Below, piece after piece: positions 28,848 through 38,490 of a stretch of DNA of 64,000 bases (its first letter is position 1; each line of letters opens with the position of its first letter). The stretch is from Mycobacteriales bacterium (GTDB taxonomy: Bacteria; Actinomycetota; Actinomycetes; Mycobacteriales; SCTD01). The stretch is taken from NCBI GenBank assembly GCA_030447385.1, contig JAUJOY010000003.1, forward strand, positions 77,362 to 141,361, written 5' to 3'. The notes beneath the pieces are model-generated. The model was given only the letters and a program-made list of their open reading frames with translations. It made no database searches and was not told the DNA's origin. The position numbers and the translations under genes were made by a program.

Positions 28848-30626
28848 GTGTTCACGACCCGGCCCGAGCTCGCCGGCAGCTTCGGCATGGTCGCCTCGAC
28901 GCACTGGATCGCCTCGGCCTGCGGCATGTCGGTCCTCGAGCGCGGGGGTAATGCGGTGGACGCCGCCGTCGCCGCGGGCTTCGTCCTGCAGGTCGTCGAG
29001 CCACACCTCAACGGGCCGGGCGGAGACGTCCCGATCCTCGTCAGCGGGCCGCAGGGCCCCGTACAGGTCTACTGCGGCCAGGGCACCAGCCCCGCGGCGG
29101 CGAGCATCGAGCACTACCGCGCGCTCGGCCTGGACCTCGTGCCGGGCACCGGGCTGCTGGCCGCCGTCGTCCCCGGGGCCTTCGGTGCCTGGACGCTGCT
29201 GCTCGAGCAGCTCGGCACCTGGTCGCTGCGGGACGTGCTCGCGCCGGCGATGGCCTACGCGGACGATGGCTTCCCCCTGTTGCCCGCGACCGCGAGGACG
29301 ATCCGGACCGTCGAGCGGCTGTTCCGCGACGACTGGACGACCTCCGCGCAGACCTACCTGAGCGAGGGGGCAGCGCCGCAGGCCGGGTCCCGGTTCCGCA
29401 ACCGGGTGCTCGCCGCCACCTACCGCCGGATCGTCGCCGACGCCGAAGCCGCCGCTGCCGGCCGCGAGGAGCAGATCGCGGCGGGCCGGGCGGTGTTCTA
29501 CCGGGGCTTCGTCGCGGAGGAGATCGCCAGGTTCTGCGCGGCCGCACCGGTGCTGGACACCTCCGGACGACGCCACCTCGGGCTGCTCAGCGGCGACGAC
29601 CTCGCGGGCTGGGAGCCGACCGTCGAGGACCCGGTGTCGGTCGACTACCGGGGGCTGACTGTCCACAAGACCGGCCCGTGGGGGCAGGGTCCGGTGCTGC
29701 TGCAGAGCCTGCGACTCCTGGAGGGGTTCGACCTGGACGCGATGGGGTTGCTGTCGGCGGACTACGTCCACACGGTGACCGAGTGCGCCAAGCTCGCCTT
29801 CGCCGACCGGGAGGCCTGGTACGCCGACCCGCTGCACGTCGACGTGCCGATGGAGGAGCTGCTGAGCCCGTCCTACGCCGAGCAGCGCCGCCGCCTGGTC
29901 GGTGCCGAGGCGTCCCACGAGCTGCGTCCCGGAAGCCCCGGCGGCCGGACCCCGAGACTGCCCACCGGCACGAGCGCGGCCCCCTCCGGGTCCTGGGCAG
30001 GCGCCGGCGAGCCAGCTGTCCTGGCGGACGGAACCACCTCCGGCGACACCTGCCACGTCGACGTCGTCGACTCGACCGGTCTCATGGTGTCGGCGACGCC
30101 GAGCGGTGGCTGGCTGCAGAGCTCACCGGTGATCCCGGAGCTGGGCTTCTGCCTCGGGACCCGGGCCCAGATGTTCTGGCTGGAGCCCGGGCTGCCGACG
30201 TCCCTGGCCGGGGGCCGGCGACCGCGGACCACCTTGTCGCCCTCCCTCGCCACCCGCGACGGCTCGGCCTGCCTCGCCTTCGGCACCCCCGGCGGCGACC
30301 AGCAGGACCAGTGGCAGTTGGCCTTCCTGCTCGCCCACCTGCACGGCGGGCTCGACCTGCAGGCCGCGATCGACGCGCCCATGTTCCACACGGCGCACTT
30401 CCCCAGCTCGTTCTACCCGCGGCGTGCCGAGCCTGGGCGAGTCGTCCTGGAGGCCCGCGTCGAGCCCGCCGTGGTGGACGTACTACGACAACGCGGACAT
30501 GACGTCGAGGTTGCCGATCCGTGGTCGCAGGGCCGGTTGTCCGCCGTGGCAAGGGATCTGGGGAGCGGCTTCCTGCGGGCGGGCGCCAACCCGCGCGGCA
30601 TGCAGGGCTACGCCGCGGGCAGATGA
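28848..30626 (+). CDS. ggt: Gamma-glutamyltransferase family protein
   Basis: 592 aa. N-terminal GMVASTHWIASACGMSVLERGGNAVDAAVA, and a candidate autoprocessing/nucleophile region SGDTCHVDVVDSTG. Both are typical of the GGT/Ntn-hydrolase family. Confidence 0.8.
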   Translation: MFTTRPELAGSFGMVASTHWIASACGMSVLERGGNAVDAAVAAGFVLQVVEPHLNGPGGDVPILVSGPQGPVQVYCGQGTSPAAASIEHYRALGLDLVPGTGLLAAVVPGAFGAWTLLLEQLGTWSLRDVLAPAMAYADDGFPLLPATARTIRTVERLFRDDWTTSAQTYLSEGAAPQAGSRFRNRVLAATYRRIVADAEAAAAGREEQIAAGRAVFYRGFVAEEIARFCAAAPVLDTSGRRHLGLLSGDDLAGWEPTVEDPVSVDYRGLTVHKTGPWGQGPVLLQSLRLLEGFDLDAMGLLSADYVHTVTECAKLAFADREAWYADPLHVDVPMEELLSPSYAEQRRRLVGAEASHELRPGSPGGRTPRLPTGTSAAPSGSWAGAGEPAVLADGTTSGDTCHVDVVDSTGLMVSATPSGGWLQSSPVIPELGFCLGTRAQMFWLEPGLPTSLAGGRRPRTTLSPSLATRDGSACLAFGTPGGDQQDQWQLAFLLAHLHGGLDLQAAIDAPMFHTAHFPSSFYPRRAEPGRVVLEARVEPAVVDVLRQRGHDVEVADPWSQGRLSAVARDLGSGFLRAGANPRGMQGYAAGR

Positions 30627-30725
30627 CGAGCGCGAACCCCTGCGGCCGAACGGGGGGAACCGCCCGGGAGCGCTCCTGGCGCGTGGCAGGCTGAGGACGT
30701 TCCTGGTGAGCCGACGGAGGTTCTC

Positions 30726-31844
30726 GTGCCGACCGATCCGACAGCCCCGCTCCGCCTGCACCTCGGGAGCCGGCCGGTGTCCGTGGTCGGCCGCGCACGG
30801 ATCTACGTGTGCGGCGTCACGCCGTACGACGTCACGCACCTCGGCCACGCCGCCACGTTCGTGTGGGTGGACGCGGCGGACCGGGTGCTGCGCAGGATCG
30901 GGGTCCAGGTCGAGGTCTGCCGCAACATCACCGACGTGGACGACGTGCTGTTCGACGCGGCCACCCGAGCGGGCGCGCACTACGACCGGTTCGCCGCCGT
31001 CCAGCAGTTCCACTTCGAGCGCGACATGGACGCGCTCGGCGTGCGCCGGCCGACCCACGAGCCTCGCGCGCACAGCTACGTGCCCCAGGTGGTCGCCCTC
31101 GCCGCGGCCCTGCTCGACACCGGCGCCGCGTACGTCTCCGGCGGCAGCGTCTACTTCCTCGCAGCCGGCGCCGTCGGGGGGTACGGACTGATGCGCGAGG
31201 AGGCGCTGGCGCTGCTGGCGGACAGCGGCGGGCGCATCGACGACCCGGCCAAGAAGGACCCGCTCGACCAGGCGGTCTGGCAGGCCAGCACCGCCGACGA
31301 GCCGGCGTGGCCGTCGCCGTGGGGCCCCGGCCGCCCCGGCTGGCACGCCGAGTGCACGGCGATGGCGCTGTCGACGTACGGGTCCTCGCTGGACCTGCAC
31401 GCCGGCGGCGCGGACCTGCGCTTCCCGCACCACGCCTACGAGAGCGCGCAGGCCGAGGCGGCGACGGGCGTCACGCCCTTCGCCCGGTCATGGCTGCACG
31501 TCGGGACCGTGCGCCTGCACGGCGAGAAGATGGCCAAGTCCACCGGCAACCTCGTCTTCGTCTCGGACCTCCTGGCGCAGGTCGGCGGGCCGGTCCTGCG
31601 GATGCTGCTGCTCGACCGGCGCTACGGCGTCCCGTGGGACTACAGCTCGCAGGCCCTCGAGCACGCGGGTGCACGTCTGGACGCGCTGCGCTCAGCAGCG
31701 GGACGGGCGTACGGGCCGGAGAGCTCCCCGGAGGCGGTGCTCGACGCGCTCATGGACGACCTCGATGTCCCGCGCGCGCTGGACATCGCGGTCGAGGACG
31801 GCGGCCAGGCCGCCCGGGACCTGCTGTCGATCCTGGGGCTGTGA
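30726..31844 (+). CDS. mshC: Cysteine:1D-myo-inosityl 2-amino-2-deoxy-alpha-D-glucopyranoside ligase (MshC)-like class I aaRS-fold enzyme
   Basis: HIGH-type motif TPYDVTHLGHAAT and KMSKS-type motif KMAKSTGN. WPSPWGPGRPGWHAECTAMAL and the C-terminal DDLDVPRAL closely resemble MshC as I recall it. It is shorter than CysS and lacks an anticodon-binding domain. Confidence 0.65.
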   Translation: MPTDPTAPLRLHLGSRPVSVVGRARIYVCGVTPYDVTHLGHAATFVWVDAADRVLRRIGVQVEVCRNITDVDDVLFDAATRAGAHYDRFAAVQQFHFERDMDALGVRRPTHEPRAHSYVPQVVALAAALLDTGAAYVSGGSVYFLAAGAVGGYGLMREEALALLADSGGRIDDPAKKDPLDQAVWQASTADEPAWPSPWGPGRPGWHAECTAMALSTYGSSLDLHAGGADLRFPHHAYESAQAEAATGVTPFARSWLHVGTVRLHGEKMAKSTGNLVFVSDLLAQVGGPVLRMLLLDRRYGVPWDYSSQALEHAGARLDALRSAAGRAYGPESSPEAVLDALMDDLDVPRALDIAVEDGGQAARDLLSILGL

Positions 31845-31845
31845 G

Positions 31846-34572
31846 GTGAGCCGGCCCCGCGGGGAGGCGGCCGACGAGGTAGCGCGCGTCCAGGTGCAGC
31901 TGGCGGCGGCGGCCGCCGGCATGACCCCGCTCGCCGAGCTGGAGCAGACGACCAGCGACCTCACCCGCGTCGCGCCGCTGCTCGCCCAGCTCGCGGCGGC
32001 CGTGGCCGGCCTCCTGGGCACCGACATCGCCGCGGTGTGGGTGACCGATCCCGCCAAGGACATCCTCATCCCCGTCGCGTGGGTGGGGTTTCCGGAGGAC
32101 TACATCAGCGCGCTGCGCGTGCCTTACGGCACCGGATCCGCCGGGCGCGCGGTGTCCGAGCGGCGGATCGTCCACGTCGAGGACATCGGCACCTCGGCGC
32201 ACTACGACGCCTTCCGCGCCGGGGCCTACGAGCACGGCGTGCGCGCGGCCCTGTCCGTCCCGATGCTGACCTTGACCGGCGAGCCGATGGGGGCGCTGTC
32301 GGCCTACTACCGCTCGATCGTGGAGCCCGATCCCCGCGATCTGGAGCTGGTCGAGCTCTACGCCCGTCAAGCCGCGGAGATCGTGGAGCGGGCGCGCCTG
32401 CACGGCGCCGCGCGGGAGCTGGCCGCCCGCGAGCGCCGGCGGGCTGTGCAGCTGCGGGCACTGGCGGACAGCGCGCTGGCGCTGTCCGCTGCGGACAGCC
32501 TCGACGAGCTGCTGCGTCTGGTGACGGATGCGGCGATGGAGGTCGTCGGCTGCCAGCTCGCGGTCACGACCCGCCTGGCCTCCAGCCGGGTCGAGGCGCG
32601 AGCCCACGTGTCGCTGTCGGAGGAGTACGCCGCGGAGCAGACCGCCGACGTGCTGCTGGGGGACCGCGGGCTGGTCGAGCAGGTCCTGCGCGGGAAGCGG
32701 CCGCTGCGGCTGACCTGCGACGAGCTCGCGGCGCGTCCTGGCCCGGCGCTGGGGTCGGTCCCGCTGCCGGACTACCTCGGCGCGCCGCTTCTCGGACGCG
32801 ATGGCAGCACCCTGGGGGCGGTGCAGCTGAGCGACAAGCTGGACGGCTGCCCCTTCACCGCCGAGGACGAGGCGATCCTCGTGCAGCTCGCGCAGATGGC
32901 GAGCGCGACGATGGAGCGGCTCGAGGCCTTCGAGGGCGAGCGCAGCGCGCGCCGCGAGGCGCAGCGTGTCGGGGAGCTGCAGAGCGTGCTCTCCGAGGCG
33001 TCCGCGATGTTCGCGGAGAGCTTCGATCCGCAGGGCATCGCCACGACCCTCACCCATCTCGCCGTGCCACGGCTCGCGGAGGTCGCGCTCCTGCACCTGC
33101 TCGAGGACGGCGGCGACCTGGTGCTCCAGTCCTGCCAGGCAGCGGACAGCTCCGCCCTGCCGATGCTCCAGGGGTTCTTCAGCGCCGCTCCGGTGATGCT
33201 GCACGTGCCCTACGGCCCTGGAGCCGTGATCGCCACCGGGCAGCCGCAGCTGCTGTCGGCGACGCCCGAGTTGATGCGGGCCGTGACCCGCAGCGACGAG
33301 CAGGCGGCGGAGCTCGGGAAGCTCCTCAGCGGCAGCAACATCTGCGTGCCGCTGACGGCCCGGGGCCGCACGCTCGGGGTGCTGACCTTGTCACGCAACG
33401 AGCCCTACACCCCGGCCGACGTTGAGCACGCCCTGGACCTGGTCCGTCGGGCGGCCCTCGCGTTCGACAACGCGACGCGGTACGCCTTCGAGCGCGACCT
33501 CGCCCTCACGCTGCAGCGCAGCCTGCTCCCGCGCTCCCTGCCGACGGGGGCGGCCTTTCGGGCAGCGGCCCGCTACCTGCCCGGTGCGCGCGGGACGCAC
33601 GTCGGCGGTGACTGGTACGACGTCATCGAGATCGGCGAGATCCTGGTCGTGGTCATCGGCGACGTCATGGGCCGGGGGGTCCAGGCCGCCGCCGTGATGG
33701 GCCAGCTGCAGGCGACGGTGCGGGCGTACGCCCTGGAGGGCCACAGCCCCGCCGAGGTCCTGACGCGGCTCGACCGCGTCGTGCTGGCGACCGAGGACCC
33801 GCTGTTCACGACCTGCGTCGTGGCCTGCCTCGACCTGTCGACCCGGCGGCTGTGCGTGGCGTCCGCGGGTCACCTGCCTCCGGTGGTCGTCGATCCGGAC
33901 GGGGGGTCTCGCCTGCTGGAGCTCGATCCCGGGTTGCCGCTCGGCGTGGGCGGAGCGCGGTTCCTGGAGCAGAACTACGACCTCCCGCTCGGCTCGCTCC
34001 TCCTGCTCTACACCGACGGCCTGGTGGAGTCCCGACAGGCCTCCCTGCAGGAGGGGCTGGACCGGCTGGTGGAGGCGCTGCGCGAACCCGTGATCTCCCC
34101 GGACGAGGCGTGCGACCGGGTGCTGCGAACGCTCGGCCGCGACGGCGACCACGACGACGACACCGCGCTTCTCGCGCTCATGGTCGCGACACCTCCCGAC
34201 CTGCACCTGAAGCTGCCGACGGTTGCGGCCTCGGGTCGGCTCGCCCGGCATGCAGTACGCGACCTGCTCGCCGCCAGGGGGCTCGACTCCGAGGCGGCGC
34301 AGCTGCTCGTCACCGAGCTCGTGGCAAATGCCGTGCGGCACGCCGGAAGGGGCCACGTCGACGTCCGCGTCACGCTGCACGGTGACCTCGTAAGGATCGA
34401 GGTCGATGACGACTCGGGTCAGCTTCCCGGCGGCTGGCGCGAACCGCGGTGGCGGGAGGAGTCCGGCCGGGGGCTGCTCCTGGTCGAGGTGCTCTCCGAG
34501 CGGTGGGGAGCCGAGTCGGTCCCCACCGGCAAGCGGGTGTGGTTCGAGCTGCGGCCGGAGCGGGTCGACTGA
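31846..34572 (+). CDS. Multidomain sensor: GAF domains, PP2C/SpoIIE phosphatase, and a C-terminal HATPase (anti-sigma-kinase-like) domain
   Basis: GAF-like segments (GSAGRAVSERRIVHVEDI and GAPLLGRDGSTLGAVQLSDK). PP2C motifs GGDWYDVIEIG...VIGDVMGRGVQAAAVMGQL and LLLYTDGLVE. C-terminal LVTELVANAVRHAG...ESGRGLLLVEVLSERWG. The GTG at 31846 follows the mshC stop; the ORF is open from 31669. Confidence 0.8.
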   Translation: MSRPRGEAADEVARVQVQLAAAAAGMTPLAELEQTTSDLTRVAPLLAQLAAAVAGLLGTDIAAVWVTDPAKDILIPVAWVGFPEDYISALRVPYGTGSAGRAVSERRIVHVEDIGTSAHYDAFRAGAYEHGVRAALSVPMLTLTGEPMGALSAYYRSIVEPDPRDLELVELYARQAAEIVERARLHGAARELAARERRRAVQLRALADSALALSAADSLDELLRLVTDAAMEVVGCQLAVTTRLASSRVEARAHVSLSEEYAAEQTADVLLGDRGLVEQVLRGKRPLRLTCDELAARPGPALGSVPLPDYLGAPLLGRDGSTLGAVQLSDKLDGCPFTAEDEAILVQLAQMASATMERLEAFEGERSARREAQRVGELQSVLSEASAMFAESFDPQGIATTLTHLAVPRLAEVALLHLLEDGGDLVLQSCQAADSSALPMLQGFFSAAPVMLHVPYGPGAVIATGQPQLLSATPELMRAVTRSDEQAAELGKLLSGSNICVPLTARGRTLGVLTLSRNEPYTPADVEHALDLVRRAALAFDNATRYAFERDLALTLQRSLLPRSLPTGAAFRAAARYLPGARGTHVGGDWYDVIEIGEILVVVIGDVMGRGVQAAAVMGQLQATVRAYALEGHSPAEVLTRLDRVVLATEDPLFTTCVVACLDLSTRRLCVASAGHLPPVVVDPDGGSRLLELDPGLPLGVGGARFLEQNYDLPLGSLLLLYTDGLVESRQASLQEGLDRLVEALREPVISPDEACDRVLRTLGRDGDHDDDTALLALMVATPPDLHLKLPTVAASGRLARHAVRDLLAARGLDSEAAQLLVTELVANAVRHAGRGHVDVRVTLHGDLVRIEVDDDSGQLPGGWREPRWREESGRGLLLVEVLSERWGAESVPTGKRVWFELRPERVD

Positions 34573-34575
34573 GCG

Positions 34576-35937
34576 CTACTTGACCAGGGCGCCGCTGGCA
34601 TCGAGCCGGCCGCCGCTGACGGTCTTGCCGGCCAGCGATGCGGTGGGCACCGTGCTGCTGAGGATCGCGGCCTTGATGGTCGCGGCCGAGGCCCCAGGTC
34701 TGGCGGAGGCGTAGAGGGCTGCCGCGCCGGTGACGTGTGGCGTGGCCATCGACGTGCCGTTGTAGGAGGAGTAGGTGTTGAACGCGGTCGTCGACCAGAC
34801 GTCCACGCCCGGTGCACCCAGGTCGACGGTGGTCGCGCCGTACTGGCTGAACGAGGCGAGGCCACCGGCCTTGTCGATCGCGGCCACCGCGATGACGTTC
34901 GGCGCGTCGTAGTTGGCCGGGTAGGACGCGGTCGTGTCGTTGTCGGTGCCGGAGTTGCCGGCCGCGGCGATGAACAGGATGTTCGCGGCGTCGGCGCGCG
35001 TGATCGCGTCCAACAGGGCCTGCGAGAACCCGCCGCCGCCCCAGCTGTTGTTGGTCGCCACGATGTTCAGGCCGTGCCGGGTCTTGAGGTCGGTGAAGTA
35101 GTCGACGGCCTTCACGGCGTTCGCCAGTGAGCCACCCCGGCGGCCGAGGAACTTGCCACTGATCAGCGTGACGTCCCAGTTGACGCCGACGGCGCCGGCG
35201 GCGTTGTTGGCCTTCGCCCCGATCGTGCCGGACACGTGGGTGCCGTGGTCGTCAGCGGTCCCGCTCTTGCCGCCGTCGTAGATGGTGTTGTCGTTGCCGA
35301 CGAAGTCCCAGCCGTGGATGTCGTCGACGTAGCCGTTGCCGTCGTCGTCGATCCCATCGGCCGGGTCGTGGGGGTTGGTCCAGACCTGCCCGGAAAGGTC
35401 CGGGTGGGTGAACTGGATGCCCTCGTCGATGACGCCGACGTAGACATCCGCGGAGCCGGTGTGGCCCCCCGCCCAAGCCTCCCCGGCCTGGCTGCCGTAC
35501 TGGTTGGCCGGCGACGTCACGTCCCCGTACATGCCCCAGAGTCTGCCGTCGGCGTAGTAGGGGTCGGTGGACGTCGCCTGGTGCGTGTAGATCCAGTTCG
35601 GCTCGGCGTAGGCGACGGCGGGGTCGCTGCGCAGCTCGGCGATCGCCGAGTCGCGGTTCTTGCCCTGCGGCAGGCGGACCAGCTCGACCTCGGTCCGGTC
35701 GGCCCGGGCGGTGACGACCCGCTCGGCCAGCTGAGCGGAGGCACGCCCACGAGCCCGCGCCCGCTCCTCGGCAGTGGCGCCGGCGACGTAGCCCACGACG
35801 AGCTCGTCGGGCACAGCCGCCGGCGCAGTGGGGTTCGCCTGTCCCGCCGGAGCGGCGGAGGCAGGGGCTCCGGCCACGACTCCGGACAGGGACAGGGCGG
35901 TGAGGCAGAGGACGCAGACCCAACGGCGAAGACGCAT
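34576..35937 (-). CDS. Secreted S8 family (subtilisin-like) serine peptidase with an inhibitor-I9-like propeptide
   Basis: ATG at 35937 gives signal peptide MRLRRWVCVLCLTALSLSGVVAGAPASA. Catalytic triad contexts are VGVIDEGI (Asp), DDHGTHVSGTIG (His) and GTSMATPHVTGAAALY (Ser). Confidence 0.85.
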   Translation of the reverse strand: MRLRRWVCVLCLTALSLSGVVAGAPASAAPAGQANPTAPAAVPDELVVGYVAGATAEERARARGRASAQLAERVVTARADRTEVELVRLPQGKNRDSAIAELRSDPAVAYAEPNWIYTHQATSTDPYYADGRLWGMYGDVTSPANQYGSQAGEAWAGGHTGSADVYVGVIDEGIQFTHPDLSGQVWTNPHDPADGIDDDGNGYVDDIHGWDFVGNDNTIYDGGKSGTADDHGTHVSGTIGAKANNAAGAVGVNWDVTLISGKFLGRRGGSLANAVKAVDYFTDLKTRHGLNIVATNNSWGGGGFSQALLDAITRADAANILFIAAAGNSGTDNDTTASYPANYDAPNVIAVAAIDKAGGLASFSQYGATTVDLGAPGVDVWSTTAFNTYSSYNGTSMATPHVTGAAALYASARPGASAATIKAAILSSTVPTASLAGKTVSGGRLDASGALVK

Positions 35938-36239
35938 GGAGACTCCGGACCGACGTGAAGGTTTCGACAAGCCGACATCGTCTGTAGCGTTTTCCTCCTC
36001 GAGGGGCGTTCTGTCCAGGGGCGTCCTGAACATGACGCCGTCTTTGCCCGGGGCTGTACCGGTTGATGACGTGGCTGCGGCCGCCGAGCCGGAGACAGCC
36101 CGGGTGCGCCTGCAGGTTCCGCTGCTGGCCCGGATGCGCGGGTACCGGCTCGCTGCCGGAGGGTCGACAGGGGCTGCCCGCCGGTCGCTGCCGTAGGCTG
36201 GTCCTCCGTGCGATCCGGCAGCAGCTGCGGGCTCCAGAC

Positions 36240-37709
36240 ATGACGGCTGGTGCACACCAGGACGCGCGGCCCAGGAGCTACGAGGTCCGCACGTACGGGT
36301 GTCAGATGAACGTCCACGACTCCGAGCGCATCCGGGGGCTGCTGGACGCGGCCGGCTACCAGCCGGCGCAGCCTGACGCGGAGCCCGACCTGATCGTGTT
36401 CAACACCTGCGCGGTACGAGAGAACGCCGACAACCGGCTCTACGGCAACCTCGGTCACCTCAAGCCGGTCAAGGACCGCAGGCCCGGGATGCAGATCGCC
36501 GTCGGCGGCTGCCTGGCGCAGAAGGACCAGAGCCTCGTCACGACCCGCGCTCCGTGGGTCGACGTCGTGTTCGGCACGCACAACGTCGGGGCGCTGCCGG
36601 TCCTGCTCGAGCGGGCGCGCATCGAGCAGGAGAGCCAGGTCGAGCTGCTCGAAGCCCTCGAGGTGTTCCCGAGCACCCTGCCCGCGCGGCGCGAGAGCAG
36701 CTACTCCGCCTGGGTGTCGATCAGTGTGGGCTGCGACAACACGTGCACCTTCTGCATCGTCCCGTCGCTGCGCGGCAAGGAGAAGGACCGCGCCCCCGAC
36801 GACATCCTGCGCGAGGTCGAGATGCTCGCCGCCCAGGGTGTGCTCGAGGTGACCCTCCTGGGGCAGAACGTCAACTCCTACGGCCGCGAGTTCGGCGAGC
36901 GGCACGCCTTCGGTGAGCTGCTGCGCCAGGTGGGCGGGCTCGTGGAGCGGGTCCGCTTCACCAGCCCGCACCCGCGTGACTTCACCGACGACGTCATCGC
37001 GGCGATGGCCCGGACACCCGCGGTGTGCCCGAGCCTGCACATGCCGCTGCAGTCGGGCAGCGACGCGGTGCTGCGGGCGATGCGCCGCTCCTACCGCAGC
37101 GAGCGCTTCCTCGGCATCCTGGCCCGCGTCCGCGAGCAGATCCCCGACGCCGCCATCACCACCGACGTCATCGTCGGGTTCCCCGGCGAGACCGAGGCCG
37201 ACTTCGAGAACACCCTGCGCGTCGTGCAGGCCAGCCGCTTCGCCGGCGCGTTCACCTTCCAGTACTCCCCCCGTCCAGGCACGCCGGCCGCCGACCTGGC
37301 TCCGCTGCCCTTCGCCGTGGTCCAGGAGCGCTACGAGCGCCTGGTGGCGCTGCAGGACCGGATCACCTACGAGGGGATGCAGGCCCAGGTGGGCCGGAGC
37401 GTCGAGGTGCTGGTCAGCCAGGGAGAGGGCCGCAAGGACGCGGCCGGCCGGCTGACCGGACGCGCCCGCGACAACCGGCTGGTCCACCTGGCGGCCGCGG
37501 CGGGCGTACGCCCTGGTGACGTGGTCGAGACCGTCGTCACCCGGGCGGGCCCGCACTACCTGGTTGCGGAGGGGCCGCTGCTGTCGCACCGGCGGACCGC
37601 CGCCGGCGACGCCTCCGCGGCCGGTCGGCGCCCGGTCACCACCGGGGTCAGCCTCGGCATGCCGTCCGTGGGAGCACCACCCCCACCCGCAGCCGCACCC
37701 CTGCGCTGA
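36240..37709 (+). CDS. miaB: tRNA-i6A37 methylthiotransferase MiaB
   Basis: [18 protein letters not shown]-terminal cluster, radical-SAM [11 protein letters not shown], and a TRAM domain. ATG at 36240. The stop codon TGA (37707-37709) lies inside the left arm of the palindromic repeat. Confidence 0.95.
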   Translation: MTAGAHQDARPRSYEVRTYGCQMNVHDSERIRGLLDAAGYQPAQPDAEPDLIVFNTCAVRENADNRLYGNLGHLKPVKDRRPGMQIAVGGCLAQKDQSLVTTRAPWVDVVFGTHNVGALPVLLERARIEQESQVELLEALEVFPSTLPARRESSYSAWVSISVGCDNTCTFCIVPSLRGKEKDRAPDDILREVEMLAAQGVLEVTLLGQNVNSYGREFGERHAFGELLRQVGGLVERVRFTSPHPRDFTDDVIAAMARTPAVCPSLHMPLQSGSDAVLRAMRRSYRSERFLGILARVREQIPDAAITTDVIVGFPGETEADFENTLRVVQASRFAGAFTFQYSPRPGTPAADLAPLPFAVVQERYERLVALQDRITYEGMQAQVGRSVEVLVSQGEGRKDAAGRLTGRARDNRLVHLAAAAGVRPGDVVETVVTRAGPHYLVAEGPLLSHRRTAAGDASAAGRRPVTTGVSLGMPSVGAPPPPAAAPLR

Positions 37710-37771
37710 TCATGGAGTTGGTGCCCACCTCCTGAGCGTGCCGGGCGGGCAACACCTGCATGATCAGCCGG
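37689..37771. repeat. Palindromic intergenic repeat, copy A, between convergent miaB and GNAT
   Basis: GCAGCCGCACCCCTGCGCTGATCATGGAGTTGGTGCCCACCTCCTGAGCGTGCCGGGCGGGCAACACCTGCATGATCAGCCGG. Arms TGATCATGGAGTTG (37707-37720) and CACCTGCATGATCA (37753-37766) pair at 12 of 14 positions. About 85% identical to copy B with two small indels. The arms contain the stop codons of both flanking genes. Confidence 0.6.
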
Positions 37772-38285
37772 GGTGCCAGTCGCTCGCCAGCACCGCCAGA
37801 AGGACCACGTCGTCGTAGCGCCCCTCCACCCACGCGTGCTCGCACAGCCGGCCCTCCTCGACGAACCCGACCGCGCGGTAGCAGCGCAGCGCGGCCTGAT
37901 GGGAGGCCAGCGTCTGCAGGTGCACCCGGCGAAGGTTGCGGGTGCGGAAGGCGTAGCCCAGCAGCACCCTCAGCACGTCCCGGCCGTACCCCTTGTCCCG
38001 TTCCCCCGGCAGCAGGTTCAGCCCCACCTCCGCGCTGCGGGCAAGGGTGTCCACTCGGAACAGGCTGGCAGCGCCCACGAGTGCCTCGTCGACCTCCACC
38101 GCGAAGTCAGCCGCGCCCGGCTCGCCCGGCTCCGCCCGCCGCGTCCGATAGGCCTCGAGCGTCTCCGGCACCAGCGGCGCCTCCGTTGTCCGCGCCCACG
38201 TCAGCGGGTCGAGCCGCGCGCGCCACAGCGGCTCGGCGTCCTCAGGTCGCAGCGGTCGCAGCCGGACGCGGTTCCCCACGAGCAC
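37764..38285 (-). CDS. GNAT family N-acetyltransferase (RimJ/RimL-like)
   Basis: 173 aa: LVGNRVRLRPLRPEDAEPLW..., the acetyl-CoA binding region GERDKGYGRDVLRVLLGYAF, and LRRVHLQTLASHQAALRCYRAVGFVEEG. Confidence 0.8.
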   Translation of the reverse strand: MLVGNRVRLRPLRPEDAEPLWRARLDPLTWARTTEAPLVPETLEAYRTRRAEPGEPGAADFAVEVDEALVGAASLFRVDTLARSAEVGLNLLPGERDKGYGRDVLRVLLGYAFRTRNLRRVHLQTLASHQAALRCYRAVGFVEEGRLCEHAWVEGRYDDVVLLAVLASDWHPG

Positions 38286-38310
38286 GTGCGGACCCTACGC
38301 CTGGCGAGGT

Positions 38311-38390
38311 GCAGCCGCACCCTGCGCTGATCATGGAGTTGGTGCGCACCTCCTGAGCGCGCGGGTGAGCAACAACTCCATGATCAGTGG
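38311..38390. repeat. Palindromic intergenic repeat, copy B, between the GNAT start and the next + strand gene
   Basis: GCAGCCGCACCCTGCGCTGATCATGGAGTTGGTGCGCACCTCCTGAGCGCGCGGGTGAGCAACAACTCCATGATCAGTGG. It has a perfect 14-bp inverted repeat, TGATCATGGAGTTG (38328-38341) with CAACTCCATGATCA (38373-38386), extendable to 17 of 18, and a 31-nt loop. Confidence 0.6.
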
Positions 38391-38490
38391 CGGTGTTCGG
38401 CGGAGGACCGCGTCGGCGTTCCTTATACTTGTCGGTGTCCCACTGACCCGCAGACGAGCCAGCGGGCACGGGCATGCGGAGGTCACACCG

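Noticed and set aside
26487-30056. 1189-aa reverse-strand ORF spanning the GTPase pair and ggt
   Set aside because: It is antisense to three well-supported + strand genes. It has no recognisable domain and a composition typical of a GC-driven open frame.
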